From: Octopus sinensis
Taxonomy: Eukaryota
Assembly (NCBI RefSeq): GCF_006345805.1
Contig: NC_042997.1
Location: 181,784,001-181,848,000, forward strand
Reading direction: 5' to 3'
Length of the DNA stretch: 64,000 nucleotides
The notes below the pieces were generated by a model. It worked only from the letters and a program-made list of their open reading frames with translations. It searched no databases and was not told the origin of the DNA. This document shows positions 39,488 through 51,658 of the stretch, one piece after another; within the stretch, counting starts at the first letter, position 1, and every line of letters starts with the position of its first letter. Position numbers and translations under genes: made by a program.

Positions 39488-39852
39488 TATAATAATAGTC
39501 CTTTCTACCATGGACACAAGGCCTGAATTTTTGGTGGGAGGGGAACAGTCGATTACATCGACCCCAGTATTTCACCAGTACTTAATTTATCGACCCCGAA
39601 AGGCAAAGTCAATATCTTTTAGTGAACATATTGAGAAATGCGCAACGCAACTGCTACCACAATTTGTAATCTTTCCATTTTATCAATGTGCCATTGGAAC
39701 ACCAACACAAGTTAGATTAAATAAGGAAACCGTCTTCATTGAAAGATGTAAGCCAAAACTTGACCATTTCTAACATTTTTAAATAAGGAAACATCTCATT
39801 GAAAAAAATATAAAGCAAAACTTATAACATTCTATTCCTTCTAAACCAAATC

Positions 39853-40723
39853 ATGTTAAATTAATAAAACCTAATCATTCCCAAAATTTTTGATTATCTC
39901 CCTTATACCGGAAAAAAACTCTGATTTCCTTCCCCTGTCTGGAATTCCATATTTCACAACATAGCGAAGACATGACACAATATAGGTAAAGAAATTTGAG
40001 AAATTTGAAAAGAAAATACGAAACCAGTTATTTCTCCAAAAAAATTCTATTATACGCAAAATTTTACAACGTTTTTCTAATATAACGATTTAGATATATT
40101 CTTTAACCATATAACACAAGACTTCTGTTGTTTTTTCACTGTTTTTCGTCTTTTTTACATCCAACCGCGTGCTTTCACATACCAACTCTCTCTCTCTTTC
40201 ACACACACACACAGATATATATATACATATATATTTATATACATACATGTAGATATATTCATATATATGCTATATGATAATATATACTACACATATGAGT
40301 ATATATGTATAAACTAGCAGTATCGCCCGGTGTTGCTTGGGTTTGTTTCGACCCTTTAGAATTGGAATTTTTGAAAAATAAAAATTTTGCATTATGTAGC
40401 TTGTTATTCTCTTTAAGTGAACATTTTTCTGGTTGAAATACACCAAAAGGTGGCGACACAGCAGTCAAAAAATCGTAAAAATAGGGATTTTCATAGAAAA
40501 AAAGCACCTTTTTGATGTAAATAGTTTTTGGTGTTAACATGGTCTGATTTGAAATTTTTCTTCTACGGAAGGAAGAGCAACCATTCTATCATACTCTCAA
40601 TTTTGGTCACCTTGCGCCGCAGGGTATCGGAGGAGATAGTGTTAGTTGAAGGCTACCAAACCTACCATACACAGACAACTTCAGCATTATATATATATAT
40701 ATATGTGCGTGTGTGTGTGTGTG

Positions 40724-40787
<64 letters not shown>

Positions 40788-41462
40788 TGTGTGTGTGTGT
40801 GTGTGCGTGCGTGTGCATATATATATATATATATCCATATGTGTGTGTATGTGTGTGTGCGTGTTCGTGTGAGTGTGTAACCACAAAACGAAGCAGAAAG
40901 ACAATTATTCAAACGCTGCTAAATTAATTATGACTGAAAACGCATGCAAACATCACGAGTGACAGCAACGGTAACCACGCCAGTAGCGACTGCGACTGTT
41001 TGCAACAAGAAGAGTACTAATATTTACTAATACTTCATCAGATAACAGAAGCCACAAGAGCTGCAGCGATAACAGTACTACTGGCAGGTGAAGAAGCAGT
41101 AGTAGTAGTAGGATTATCAAAGTGAATTGATGAAACAGTAATAACTAAATTGAGGGCAGCAGAAACAAGAAGAGCAACAACAACAACAACAACAGAAAAA
41201 CTCAGTATAAACACGAAGGAAAGTTCTTCTAAGTTAAAAACTTATATGCTCCTACAAGGGCGTATAGATTAAAGGGCAAGACTCATACTGGTCTGTGATT
41301 TCTATCTTGATTCCTCAAATTTCTTTACCTATATTGTGTCATGTCTTTGGCTATGTTGTGAAATATGGAGTTCTAGAACAGGGGAAGGTAATCAGGGATT
41401 TTTCCGGTATAAGGGAGATAATCAAAAATGTTGGGAATGACTAGGTTTTATTAATTTAACAT
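39853..41462. repeat. About 175-bp inverted repeats enclosing 1.25 kb
   Basis: ATGTTAAATTAATAAAACCTA..TTATCTCCCTTATACCGGAAAAAA..GACATGACACAATATAGGTAAAGAAATTTGAG (39853-40029) is mirrored at about 41285-41462, about 88% identity. Confidence 0.88.
40314..40704 (-). mobile_element. Non-autonomous Helitron
   Basis: Minus-strand 3' end CCCAAGCAACACCGGG hairpin then CTAG/T; the 5' end merges into (TA)n. Confidence 0.7.
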
Positions 41463-42132
41463 TGGAGTTGAACCTCGAATCCTATATCGTATTCCAGAAA
41501 GATCTTATTTTGGAATACATGATGTTTTCTTTACATCAGAGATATTTAAAGAGTAGCGATATTGTAGGAAAGGTAAGCTCGGTGCACACTGCAGTAAACT
41601 CTTTTAAGTGCACAACTTCAAGAGCTCTCTGTTCTTTAATCACCATGTCACGAGCTTTTTGCTTCAGATAATATTTCTTGATCATAAGGTCGAGGATTCG
41701 ATTCAGGGTCCATGGAGCAAGTTATATCTTGGACATGGCACTTTACTTCATGTTGCTCCAGTTCATTCAGCTCAGATTGAACGAGTATTAAAACTGGCAA
41801 GATGTCAAATTAGCGCGGTAGCGTTAACAAGTTATTGGTATGATCAAAACCCTTTAGGTATCAATACGAATATACCTAGAAGGAGAGTGCTGTATCTTAT
41901 CTTTGCTCTTTATTCTTCATGTATGCAACATCAATTTGCCGAAAGCATCCTAGTGTCCAAGTGTCACGCGAAAAGTCTCGCGTATATCAAAGCAAATAAT
42001 ACCTGGCAAATTTCAACTTTTCTCACTTGATTTCCAATACAGAAAATTTGAAGTATATGTGGGATTACGATCTATCAGACAGCGGGCCTAAAACAGCTTC
42101 AGAATTTTAATTGTTGTGTCATTGAGTACTAT

Positions 42133-42552
42133 AGACGTATGAGTGGCTGTGTGGTAAGTAGCTTGCTTAATAACCACATGGTTCCGGGTTCAGTCCAACT
42201 GCGTAGCAACTTGGACAAGTGTTTTCTGCTATAGCTTCGGGCTGACCAACGCCTTGTGGGTGGATTTGGTAGACGGAAACTGAAAGAAGCCCGTCGTATA
42301 TATCTATATTTATATATGTATGTGTGTGTGTGTGTTTGTGTGTCTGTGTTTGTCCCTCCATCATCGCCTGACAATCGATGCTGGTGTGTTTACGTCCCCG
42401 TAACTTATCGGTTCGGCAAAAGAGACCAACAGAATAAGTACTAGGCTTACAAAGAATAAGTCCTGGGGTCGATTTGCACGACTAAAGGCGGTGCTCCAGC
42501 ATGGCCACAGTGAAATGACTGAAACAAGTAAAAGAGTACAAGAGTAAAGAGA
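42133..42552 (+). mobile_element. SINE family A, full length
   Basis: Same head and body as other copies, AAGAGTA-type tail repeats. Confidence 0.9.
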
Positions 42553-42904
42553 GTTTTAGGACATTTCAAATTCTGTCGTCAATTGTGTTCAATGTGTATT
42601 TACTTTCAGGTTGATCCCAGAGGCAAGGAAACTTCAATCGTTCCTTTCTCAATTGAAGAACATTTAAGAGCAGCTCTCCATTAAGAAAAGCATAAAAATA
42701 TAACTACATCTATGGCAACAACAACCTTCCCCACCAAAAACCTCTCCACCACAGTACAAACATGGCTGTGTGGTTATGAAGTTGGTTTCGCAAGCATAGG
42801 ATTACGGATTGTATCTCAATTGTAAAACTGTCTTCTACCATACCCTCCAACTAATCGATACCGTTTGTGTTGAATCCTGAACTACGCACGCACGCACACA
42901 CACA

Positions 42905-42969
<65 letters not shown>

Positions 42970-43452
42970 GCAAACACACGTGCGCGCACACTGTGACACA
43001 CATATATTTATGTGGTATTATATGTGTGCGTATATAATGTGGAGCGATAGTGGAAATATGAATGTGTGTATGTATATGTTTGTCTGTTTGTCTGTGTATG
43101 CGTATCTATGTGTACTGCATGTCTATGCATATGCTTGTATGCTCATCTGTATATCATGTATATGCATGTATATGCATGTGTATGCGTACATGTGTGTAGA
43201 AATCAAAATTAATTATCTTCCTCCACCCCGGTTACATTGCATAAGAAGAGAAATATTCTTTTCGTCGTCCAGTTTCGATGCCGTTGCAATACAAATATTT
43301 ACGTTTCACAAGTCGTTGTATCCTTGACATTTGAAGCAAATGAGTGGTGATTAGTAACAAACAGGTAGCGAACGGATTACTATACAAGAATAATCCTGAA
43401 TGACATCTACTCTGCTCTGTTAAGAAAATGAGGTTAGGACATATGCAGCTTG

Positions 43453-43522
<70 letters not shown>

Positions 43523-44479
43523 CCCACATGCACATACACGCGTGCGCACACAGAGAAAGCACACACGTACACACGCTGACTCACACACACACACACACAC
43601 ACACACAAGCAAACACATAAACTATTGTTATATAATGAAAGACCGAATTGCATAACTATTTCAGTTGGCAAATAATCTTTTAGCAACAACTAAGGGAAAT
43701 AACCAAAATATCATAAGTAGGCAAATTTTTTTTACATCCAATCATGTGATGGTTGTGTGTTTTCTTTAATTACATGTTACCATATATGCCGGTGTATAAG
43801 ACACCCTCGCGTAAAAAAAAAACAAAAACAAAACGCTGCACTACTTTCCAAGGGTATTTTGTTGGAAAAACAGATTTAATATGTTTCATCATCTACCCAT
43901 ATACTCGGCAATACGGCCGCATTAGATGCATAGGAATGTTTTGTTACATTCACAAATAAAAGTAAACTACGTCTTATACACCGGCATACACCATGTATTC
44001 TTAAAAAAATTTTCTTGCTTCAACCAATGGACTGTGGTTACTTGAAGGCTTACAGTGGAATAAATTGACAAGTGACTATTTTTAAGACTTTTACTTATTG
44101 CATAGTACACTTTTTTGCAGAATTCAACCCAGGGCTTTAGTGTGAAAAACATATGCCCAGTAGACCTGAGAAATTCTGGATCTGACTCAGACAGAAGTAA
44201 TATATATATATATTATATATATATATATATTATATATAATAATATATATATATAATATATATATATAATATATAATATATATATATATAATATATAATAA
44301 ATATTAGGGAATAAATCCAAATTTACAGTGAAAATCAGATTAGGATTGAATCCAATTTTATAGTAAAATTTTATATAATATTAATTAGAGACAAAACCAC
44401 TATTTTGCAAATCAAACAAAGAAAGACTTAATCCAATACATAAAAAAATTTTAATATAAATTAAATAAAATTATATTCG

Positions 44480-44525
44480 CCACTACAATTGTTTCATGTC
44501 TCTTCTCAGGACATTCATCAGGTGG
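44480..44525 (-). ncRNA. Minimal type I hammerhead ribozyme (family H1, minus copy)
   Basis: Exact mirror of 44579-44624. Confidence 0.78.
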
Positions 44526-44578
44526 ATTTCAGATCTTCTATTCTATTTTAAGTTAAAATAGAATAGAAGATCTGAAAT

Positions 44579-44624
44579 CCACCTGATGAATGTCCTGAGA
44601 AGAGACATGAAACAATTGTAGTGG
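44579..44624 (+). ncRNA. Minimal type I hammerhead ribozyme (family H1)
   Basis: CCAC-CUGAUGA-AUGUC/cugagaaga/GACAU-GAAA-CAAUUG-UA^-GUGG: intact core, 5-bp stem II, palindromic stem III, 4-bp stem I, GUA site after 44620. Confidence 0.8.
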
Positions 44625-44938
44625 CGAATATAATTTTATTTAATTTATATTAAAATTTTTTATGTATTGGATTAAGTCTTTCTTATTTGCAAAATAGTGG
44701 TTTTGTCTCTAATTAATATTATATATATATATTAATTAATTTTATATAAATAAATATGTTCTCTAACCGATAAATTAACTGCTGCTAATTATTAGCTGCA
44801 GGCTAGTTTTCTCGGGTTCCAACGCGCCAAAGTAAAGGCATTTGAAAGATATATTCAAATGTAATAGGCTGAACTCCATGCACGCGATATTTCGGTATCG
44901 TGTTTGCATCTAGTCCAGCAAATTACATTTATAACGGA

Positions 44939-45003
44939 CCATGCTGATGATGGCTGCAGTTTTCCTTGCGGAAAATAACAGCTGAAACTAATTTAGTACA
45001 TGG
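44939..45003 (+). ncRNA. Type I hammerhead ribozyme (family H2, copy 1)
   Basis: CCAUG-CUGAUGA-U-[GGCUG ca GUUUUCC uugc GGAAAAU aa CAGCU]-GAAA-CUAAUUUAG-UA^-CAUGG; site after 44998. Confidence 0.78.
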
Positions 45004-45444
45004 GTAATTATTTTATTTCGTATATTTTTCACTTGTTTATTGCTATGGTTTTGTGTTGAGTTTGATCTGAGAACATAATCTTTTGTGGTGAATGGCGATT
45101 TGACGTCTATATCTAGCATGTTGACTGTCCACTTTTCGTGTTCAGTCCTTAATTGGTATATATAAATATTTTAATCTTCGGATTCTTTTTTAATATGCTA
45201 GACCACTGGTCTTAATTGATAATATCAATTTCTACCCTTAATTAATTTTATATAAATAAATATGTTCTCTAACCGATAAATTAACTGCTGCTAATTATTA
45301 GCTGCAGGCTAGTTTTCTCGGGTTCCAACGCGCCAAAGTAAAGGCATTTGAAAGATATATTCAAATGTAATAGGCTGAACTCCATGCACGCGATATTTCG
45401 GTATCGTGTTTGCATCTAGTCCAGCAAATTACATTTATAACGGA

Positions 45445-45509
45445 CCATGCTGATGATGGCTGCAGTTTTCCTTGCGGAAAATAACAGCTGAAACTAATTT
45501 AGTACATGG
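45445..45509 (+). ncRNA. Type I hammerhead ribozyme (family H2, copy 2)
   Basis: Identical to 44939-45003; site after 45504. Confidence 0.78.
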
Positions 45510-45660
45510 GTAATTATTTTATTTCGTATATTTTTCACTTGTTTATTGCTATGGTTTTGTGTTGAGTTTGATCTGAGAACATAATCTTTTGTGGTGAATG
45601 GCGATTTGACGTCTATCTAGCATGTTGACTGTCCACTTTTCGTGTTCAGTCCTTAATTGG

Positions 45661-45692
<32 letters not shown>

Positions 45693-47222
45693 TTTCTGTA
45701 CAATTTCTGCCCACCAAACTCACCCACAAGTGCCTATAGTAAAAGACACGTATCCAAAGTGTCACTCAGTGGAACTGAACTTGAAATTACATGGTTGTGA
45801 AGTGAACTTTTAAACTATACAACCATGCCTGAAGAGAAAATAGCAACCGAAAACAAAAAACGAAAACAAAAACAAAAAATATTGTCATTCTGTTTTCAGG
45901 TTTTCCTACTTTTGTGTTTGTATAAGGACTGTAGCATTAGATTTAGGTTATAGATTCATGGGCAGGAAGATAATACGTCAAACGATAGCTCTAAAATCAA
46001 GAACGTAGCACAGAGTTCTGCTCTACAAATATAAATCTGACATACTTCAAATCCACAAAGCGGTTTCCATTCTCGTTTGAGATAACTACTCTTTTTTTAG
46101 TTCTGAAATTATACGAACCTGCGATCGGTTAGAAAGACCAACGTCTAGAATAAGAGCTTCGCTTTCATTCTTTCGCTGTATATGTTTTACTTCACCTATA
46201 TCACTAATTACTTCTGATGTAGGCACAAGACCAGTTATTTTAAGGGGGAAAAGTCAGAGGATACTATCGACGCCAGTTCATGACTGATACTTTATCGGCT
46301 GCGGAGAACTCAGCGAGATTAAACTCAGGAAGTAAAGGGCTAGAAGAAATACACAGTGCATTTAGTCTGACGATCTAATGATCCTACCAATCTATAGTTC
46401 TAATCTAAGCCATTGGTGTTACGCCTTCATAATCCCACTACATAAACCTTGAAGGCTTCAACGTTATGTTAGAAACTATTACAATTACTACAGACGAATA
46501 GAATCGAGATCATCAACACTTGATGTTTTAATCCATTTCCGTGATTCGGTACCCTCAGTTTACTTCATATAGACGTAAACTTTGCCTTTCATTAAGTAGG
46601 ACTCCATAATTACATTTACTTGCGAATTTCTTGTGTGTGCGTGTGTGTTTGCATTCGTGTGCACGTACTAAAAAGACCTCCATTCAGTCAATATTGAAAC
46701 AGAATCGTGAAAAGATCCTACTGTTTTTTTATATGGCAGAATCATTAAAGGTTAGACAAAAATGACCTTAGGTATTTCTTCCGGCTCCTCACTTTAAAAG
46801 TTCACATACCGCCGAGGTCGACTTAACATTTTATTCTTTCGCGGTTGATAAGATAAGAACCAGTTCAGCACTTATCAATGGAATTGACTAGCACCCTCCA
46901 CCTAAAATTGCTGCCTTCGTGTCAAAATTTAAAGCATTATAAAGAGATGGTGTATTGAAAAAAAAAAACAAATAAAAACGATGAGGCGATCGAAAACGAC
47001 AACGGACACTATAAAGACAAAGGAAGGATGCATCAACTTTACACGACTATCTGTAATCATCTGTTATAATTGCAACAAAGATTTCCACACTTGAATAACC
47101 CTACTTGGAAGAGCCATCGTATTAAGGGCGGAAGAAGAGAGGTGTGGGAGAACGGAGAGGAAGGGGAAACGAAAAACTTCCATCCCCTCTCAAAATGGAT
47201 GAAGGTTGATGACGACGCTATA

Positions 47223-47272
<50 letters not shown>

Positions 47273-47655
47273 CTAGCAGTATCGCCCGGCGTTGCTCAGG
47301 TTTGTAAGGGAAATAACTATAAAGCATTTTTAGAGAGTTATAGCCAAAAAATAGCAAAAAAATGGAAAAAAATGATGGTAAATTTTTTTTTAGTTAAAAA
47401 AGGTGGAGTTGCGTCCCCTAGACAGTTTGCGGTTTGTGTTTCTGATTCTCGACCCCATGTCGAATTTATCAATTTTTTTCAGAACTGGGGGAACTTTTCA
47501 AAATTTTCACTGCGTTAGTTTTGAATTATGACATTGGGCTATGTGTGTGTCAAGTTTCATCAGAATCGGTTGAAAGCCGTGGTCAGAGTGAGGGTACGAG
47601 AAAACAGACACACAGAAAACGCACAGACAAACTGCCGTTTATATATAGAGAGAGA
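47273..47655 (-). mobile_element. Non-autonomous Helitron, complete, in (TA)n
   Basis: Minus strand A/TCTCTCTCTATATATAA 5' end and 3' CCTGAGCAACGCCGGG hairpin then CTAG/T. Confidence 0.8.
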
Positions 47656-47667
47656 TATATATATAAA

Positions 47668-48062
47668 CGCCGGCGTGGGTGAGTGGTAATAAGTTTGCTT
47701 CCCAACCACATGGTTCCGGGTTCAGTCCCATTGCGTGGTACGTTGGGCAAGTGTCTTCTATTATAGCCTCCGGCCGATTAAAGCCTTGTGAATGGATTTA
47801 GTAGACGGAAACTGAAAGAAGCCCATCGTATATATATGTGTGCGTATTCGTGTGTGTGTGTGTGTGTTCGTCCCCCCACCATCGCTTGACAACCGATGCT
47901 GGTGTGTTTACGTCCTCGTAACTTAGCGGTTCGGCAAAAGAGGCTGATAGAATAGTACCAGGCTTACAGAGAATAAGTCCTAAGATCGAATTGTTCGACT
48001 AAAGGCGGGACCCCAGCATGGCCGCAGTCAAATGACTGAAACAAGTAAAAGAATAAAAGAAT
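47668..48062 (+). mobile_element. SINE family A
   Basis: Conserved head, body and AAAAGAAT tail. Confidence 0.9.
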
Positions 48063-48414
48063 ACAAATGAATTTACTCACAGGCACGCACGCATACACAC
48101 ATATCATTAGCATAGACGAAATTGAACCAGCAGTTTGGCGCCTGATAATCGGTTGAAATTATTTTTACTCTACTTCCGGTATTGTGTAAGACATTGCGTA
48201 ATTTTTCTTCTGTTCGTTACCATTAACATACACACACACACCTACCTACCTTCATACATACAGCAATTGGAAGATAGAGATAGAGAGTGGGAGAAAAAGA
48301 GGGAAAGGAGGAGAGAGAAAATGTAAGACAGAGAGGGGGAGAGAGAGATATGGAATGGGACAAGCCTGTTTGAAAGAAATGTAATATAATGTCTAAAGTT
48401 TTGACTGTCTACAG

Positions 48415-48563
48415 CAGTGGTTCTCAACCTGTGGCCCGCAGACTCCTGGGGGGTGGGGTGCGTGAACATGTTAAGCTGACAGATCTTTCAATATTCTGGG
48501 ATCCGTGGGAAAGCTCATTTAAATAAAAGGGGTACTTGATAATGAAAAGGTTGGGAACCACTG
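48415..48563. mobile_element. hAT (Charlie-type) MITE, 149 bp
   Basis: TIRs CAGTGGTTCTCAACCT / AGGTTGGGAACCACTG and a perfect 8-bp TSD GTCTACAG (48407-48414 and 48564-48571). Confidence 0.92.
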
Positions 48564-48801
48564 GTCTACAGCAAGGTCAAATACATTTGATTTTGCGAGC
48601 AAGGCTGGAACATAATTTAAGCCTCGAGGCAAGAGTGATGCATAAACTAGACCTCGCGGATCGGAAAGTGAAAATTATTCCTTAAAAACCTATTTATAAT
48701 GGCAGCCAAAGTAAATGGGTAAAAGAGTCAATATACATTATAACAACTTTATTAACAATAATGAAGAAAAGAATATAAAAACCTTACCTAAATAGTCTAC
48801 G

Positions 48802-49080
48802 ATATATTTATTTATATCAAGGGCATTAATACACATAAATGCCTCACGCTATGAGTGTAAATACAGTGTACCGAACGCGAGGGAATGCAATTCTAGAAGC
48901 GAGCTCCTTAAAAACAGATTTAGCCGCATATCATATGATTTCATAATTAGTGCACAAAATGCACTTTTTAATCGTCAGTGCAGGCATACACTGTGTTTAT
49001 TATGGTAGTTTTGAATTCAAGAGTCCCTCATAGCCTGAGGGATTTATGTGTATTAATGTCCTTAATATAACTAAATATAT
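48802..49080. mobile_element. MITE with about 50-bp TIRs
   Basis: ATATATTTATTTATATCAAGGGCATTAATACACATAAATGCCTCACGCTATGAG is mirrored at 49027-49080, about 85% identity. Confidence 0.75.
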
Positions 49081-49649
49081 TTAAAGGGAATAATTATAAT
49101 TTTTCCCTTATGAGGTTTTTCACGCTGACTACTTGATAAATTTTTATAAAGATTTTATCCTACCTTAAATTTTAGCATACGATATATACAGTCGTATGAA
49201 TTAAAAGCCTTTGGTAAGAACAGAGATATAAATTGTCCAAAGAAATGCATGCAATTCTTATGAAGACTAATGCTTGATAAACTAATGCTTGGACTGTTTC
49301 AGTGGCAAAACCCTTTCATCTCGTTCATATTGATTGGATCCGTTCGACAGAAACGTGCGAAAATTTGGAAAATAGAAAACAAAGTACATCCGTTTCCCTA
49401 GGCAAAAAGAAGAAGAAATATGTCACTTAATTTACTAGATAAATTGGTAGGGTTCGTTGTTATTCACTGAGATAACAAAAGATTCCTTAGGTGCGCTGAT
49501 TTGATTAATCGAAACGAGTAATAATCAAAACATCAGTCGGGTTCCGACTCTGATCGCATGCTAGCGATATACATTTTATAGATTATGTTAAAATTAAAAA
49601 TGTGAAATTTCTTTCTTTCAAAAGAAATAAATTAGTCCAAACTAAATAT

Positions 49650-50047
49650 TCTTTTCTACTCTAGGCACAAGGCCCGAAATTTTGGGGGAAGAGGCTAGTC
49701 AACTAGATCGACTCCAGTACGCAACTGGTACTTAATTTATCAACCCCGAAAGGATGAAAGGCAAAGTCGACCGCGGCGGAATTTGAACTCAGAACGTAGC
49801 GGCAGACGAAATACCTATTTCTTTATTACCCACAGGGGACTAAACACAGAGAAGACAAACAAGGACAGACATAGGTATTAAGTCGATTACATCGACCCCA
49901 GTGCGTAACTGGTACTTAATTTATCGACCCCGAAAGGATGAAAGGCAAAGTCGACCGCGGCGGAATTTGAACTCAGAACGTAGTGGCAGACGAAATACCG
50001 CTAAGCATTTCGCCCGGCGTACTAACGTTTCTGCCAGCTCTTCCCCT
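49650..50047 (-). mobile_element. SINE family B dimer
   Basis: Two near-identical modules followed by the head. Confidence 0.9.
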
Positions 50048-50648
50048 TATAGCTTATGAATGTTGTGTAAAGAAAAAATATTAAAGTATGATGAAAGATT
50101 AAAGAATTAAACGAAAGTAAATTGGAATACACTATATATATGCGGTGAAAGTGAATTCAAAAAGGCTGCATTGGCAAGACTTGTATTATTTAATGAAATC
50201 TGATCGAGGAAAAGTGAACTTGCTGTGGGGACTGGAAATCCTAAACTGATTGTTCGTCCTTTTCCAGCTCCATGTTCTCGTCTGAACAGAATGTGTTATA
50301 AATAAAAATTCATCCTTTTCCCGTGAAATGTCTTTAAAATCAGTCTCTTTTGTTTGCTCTGGATTCGGTATCAGCTTGTATTCCGCGCTGTTATTGTATC
50401 TCGGGCGTATACAGTAATAATATATTTAATGTTTATAGTGTTTGGTTGCTGTCTTGATTTAGGTGTTTCATTTAGCATATTTAATATTTCCCAGTGGCTG
50501 TGTCTACACCTTTGTGCATACTCTAACTCGGCCAAAAGGAGTTAACATGCTTCGTTGTTCCATGTGTTCATTTCAAAATCTGCATTTACTATTTAAAACT
50601 ATTTGATATATTTTTAGGTAGCTTCCTGTAGTTAAGCTCTGTTCTTGT

Positions 50649-50905
50649 GGAGGCGCGTGGCTAAGTGGTTAGGGTGTCAGCAACATGATCGTAAGATTGT
50701 GGTTTCGATTCCTGGACCGGGCGACGCGTTGTGTTCTTGAGCAAAACACTTCATTTCACGTTGCTCCAGTCCACTCAGCTGGCAAAAATGAGTAAGGCTG
50801 CGATGGATTGGCGTTCCGTCCAGCTGGGGAACACATACGCCATAGAAACCGGGAAACCGGGCCCATGAGCCTGGCTAGGCTTTAAAAGGGCGCGTTTATT
50901 ATTAT
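50649..50905 (+). mobile_element. tRNA-headed SINE, family D (core shared with family C, different 3' part)
   Basis: GGAGGCGCGTGGCTAAGTGGTTAG, TTCGATTCC, TTGAGCAAAACACTTCATTTCACGTTGCTCCAG; (TTA)n tail. Confidence 0.85.
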
Positions 50906-51214
50906 AAGCTCTGTTTTTGTGCAACGATTATATAGTCTTCTGTACAAGATAGATTAGCGATAGCAAGCTGCCTTTTAGGTTCCTTTCCCATCTATTCAAT
51001 CCATCTGTATACTTCAGTTAGATATTTAATTTATCACAATTTACTGATGATATTTGCAAATCTTTCTGCTTTATATTCATTTTGTTTCTTTTACTTCTTG
51101 TGTTAAATTGTTCTTATCTTCAATTCCTTCTATATTTCTAACCCCTGTGCAATATACAATTGTTTCTTATGGAAAACTGTTATTTTATTTTGTTTTTATT
51201 ATCTTATCAATTTA

Positions 51215-51658
51215 CGAGCAAAACGCTCCCCGTCCAATGGATGGTGCTGAGTTGTCAAACATTTAAACCAAATTTTCTCAAAACAACTTGTCCGACCGTC
51301 CCATAGGCATCCCCTTTGAGAATTTTATTCACACAAATATGCAAAGGACTATATATTGAATTTTGTGGCATTATTTCAAGCCAGCCGGCTTTTTTTGCGC
51401 AAACTGCACGTGCATTTCTCTCGCGTACGCGTAGTATTGATCGCAACAGCTGATGTACTTGCGCGTACAAATGCACGTTCCCACGACTTTATATATCGCA
51501 TTCTCACCTGGAATCGATTTTTAAAATTTTTTCAAGACTTATGCACGCCCTTATACCGCCGGTATCTACATATCAAATTTGAGTGAAATCGAATGGAGGA
51601 TGCCCGAGATCCCAGAAGACACACACACAGACAAACAGAACGGATTTTACATACGAGA
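51215..51658 (-). mobile_element. Helitron-like non-autonomous element
   Basis: AAATTTGAGTGAAATCG..ACACACAGACAAACAG..GAGA/T end, like the 47273 copy; the 3' end is non-canonical (CTCG). Confidence 0.5.

Larger units (their letters stand above)
44300..44727. mobile_element. (TA)n-flanked HHR-bearing short element with fold-back duplication (palindrome centred on G44552)
   Basis: About 44371-44551 is the reverse complement of 44553-44727 apart from a 1-bp and a 6-bp indel. Confidence 0.9.
44732..45666 (+). repeat. Partial tandem duplication, period 506 bp (about 430-bp repeats plus a 73-bp spacer)
   Basis: 44732-45164 and 45238-about 45666 are identical except for one 2-bp indel; ends in (TA)n. 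Confidence 0.95.

Noticed and set aside
41462-42030. ORFs of 69 and 140 aa with a GTAAG donor at about 41573
   Set aside because: They overlap an inverted-repeat end and a decayed SINE C/D-like copy (about 41690-41780); no recognisable protein.
42610-42684. Possible terminal exon after TTTACTTTCAG
   Set aside because: Two frames are equally plausible, there is no nearby AATAAA and no homology; kept only as a speculative partner of the 17208 exon.
49494-49525. CTGATTT-GATTAATC-GAAAC-GA-GTA
   Set aside because: Two core mismatches and no stem I; at most a decayed motif.
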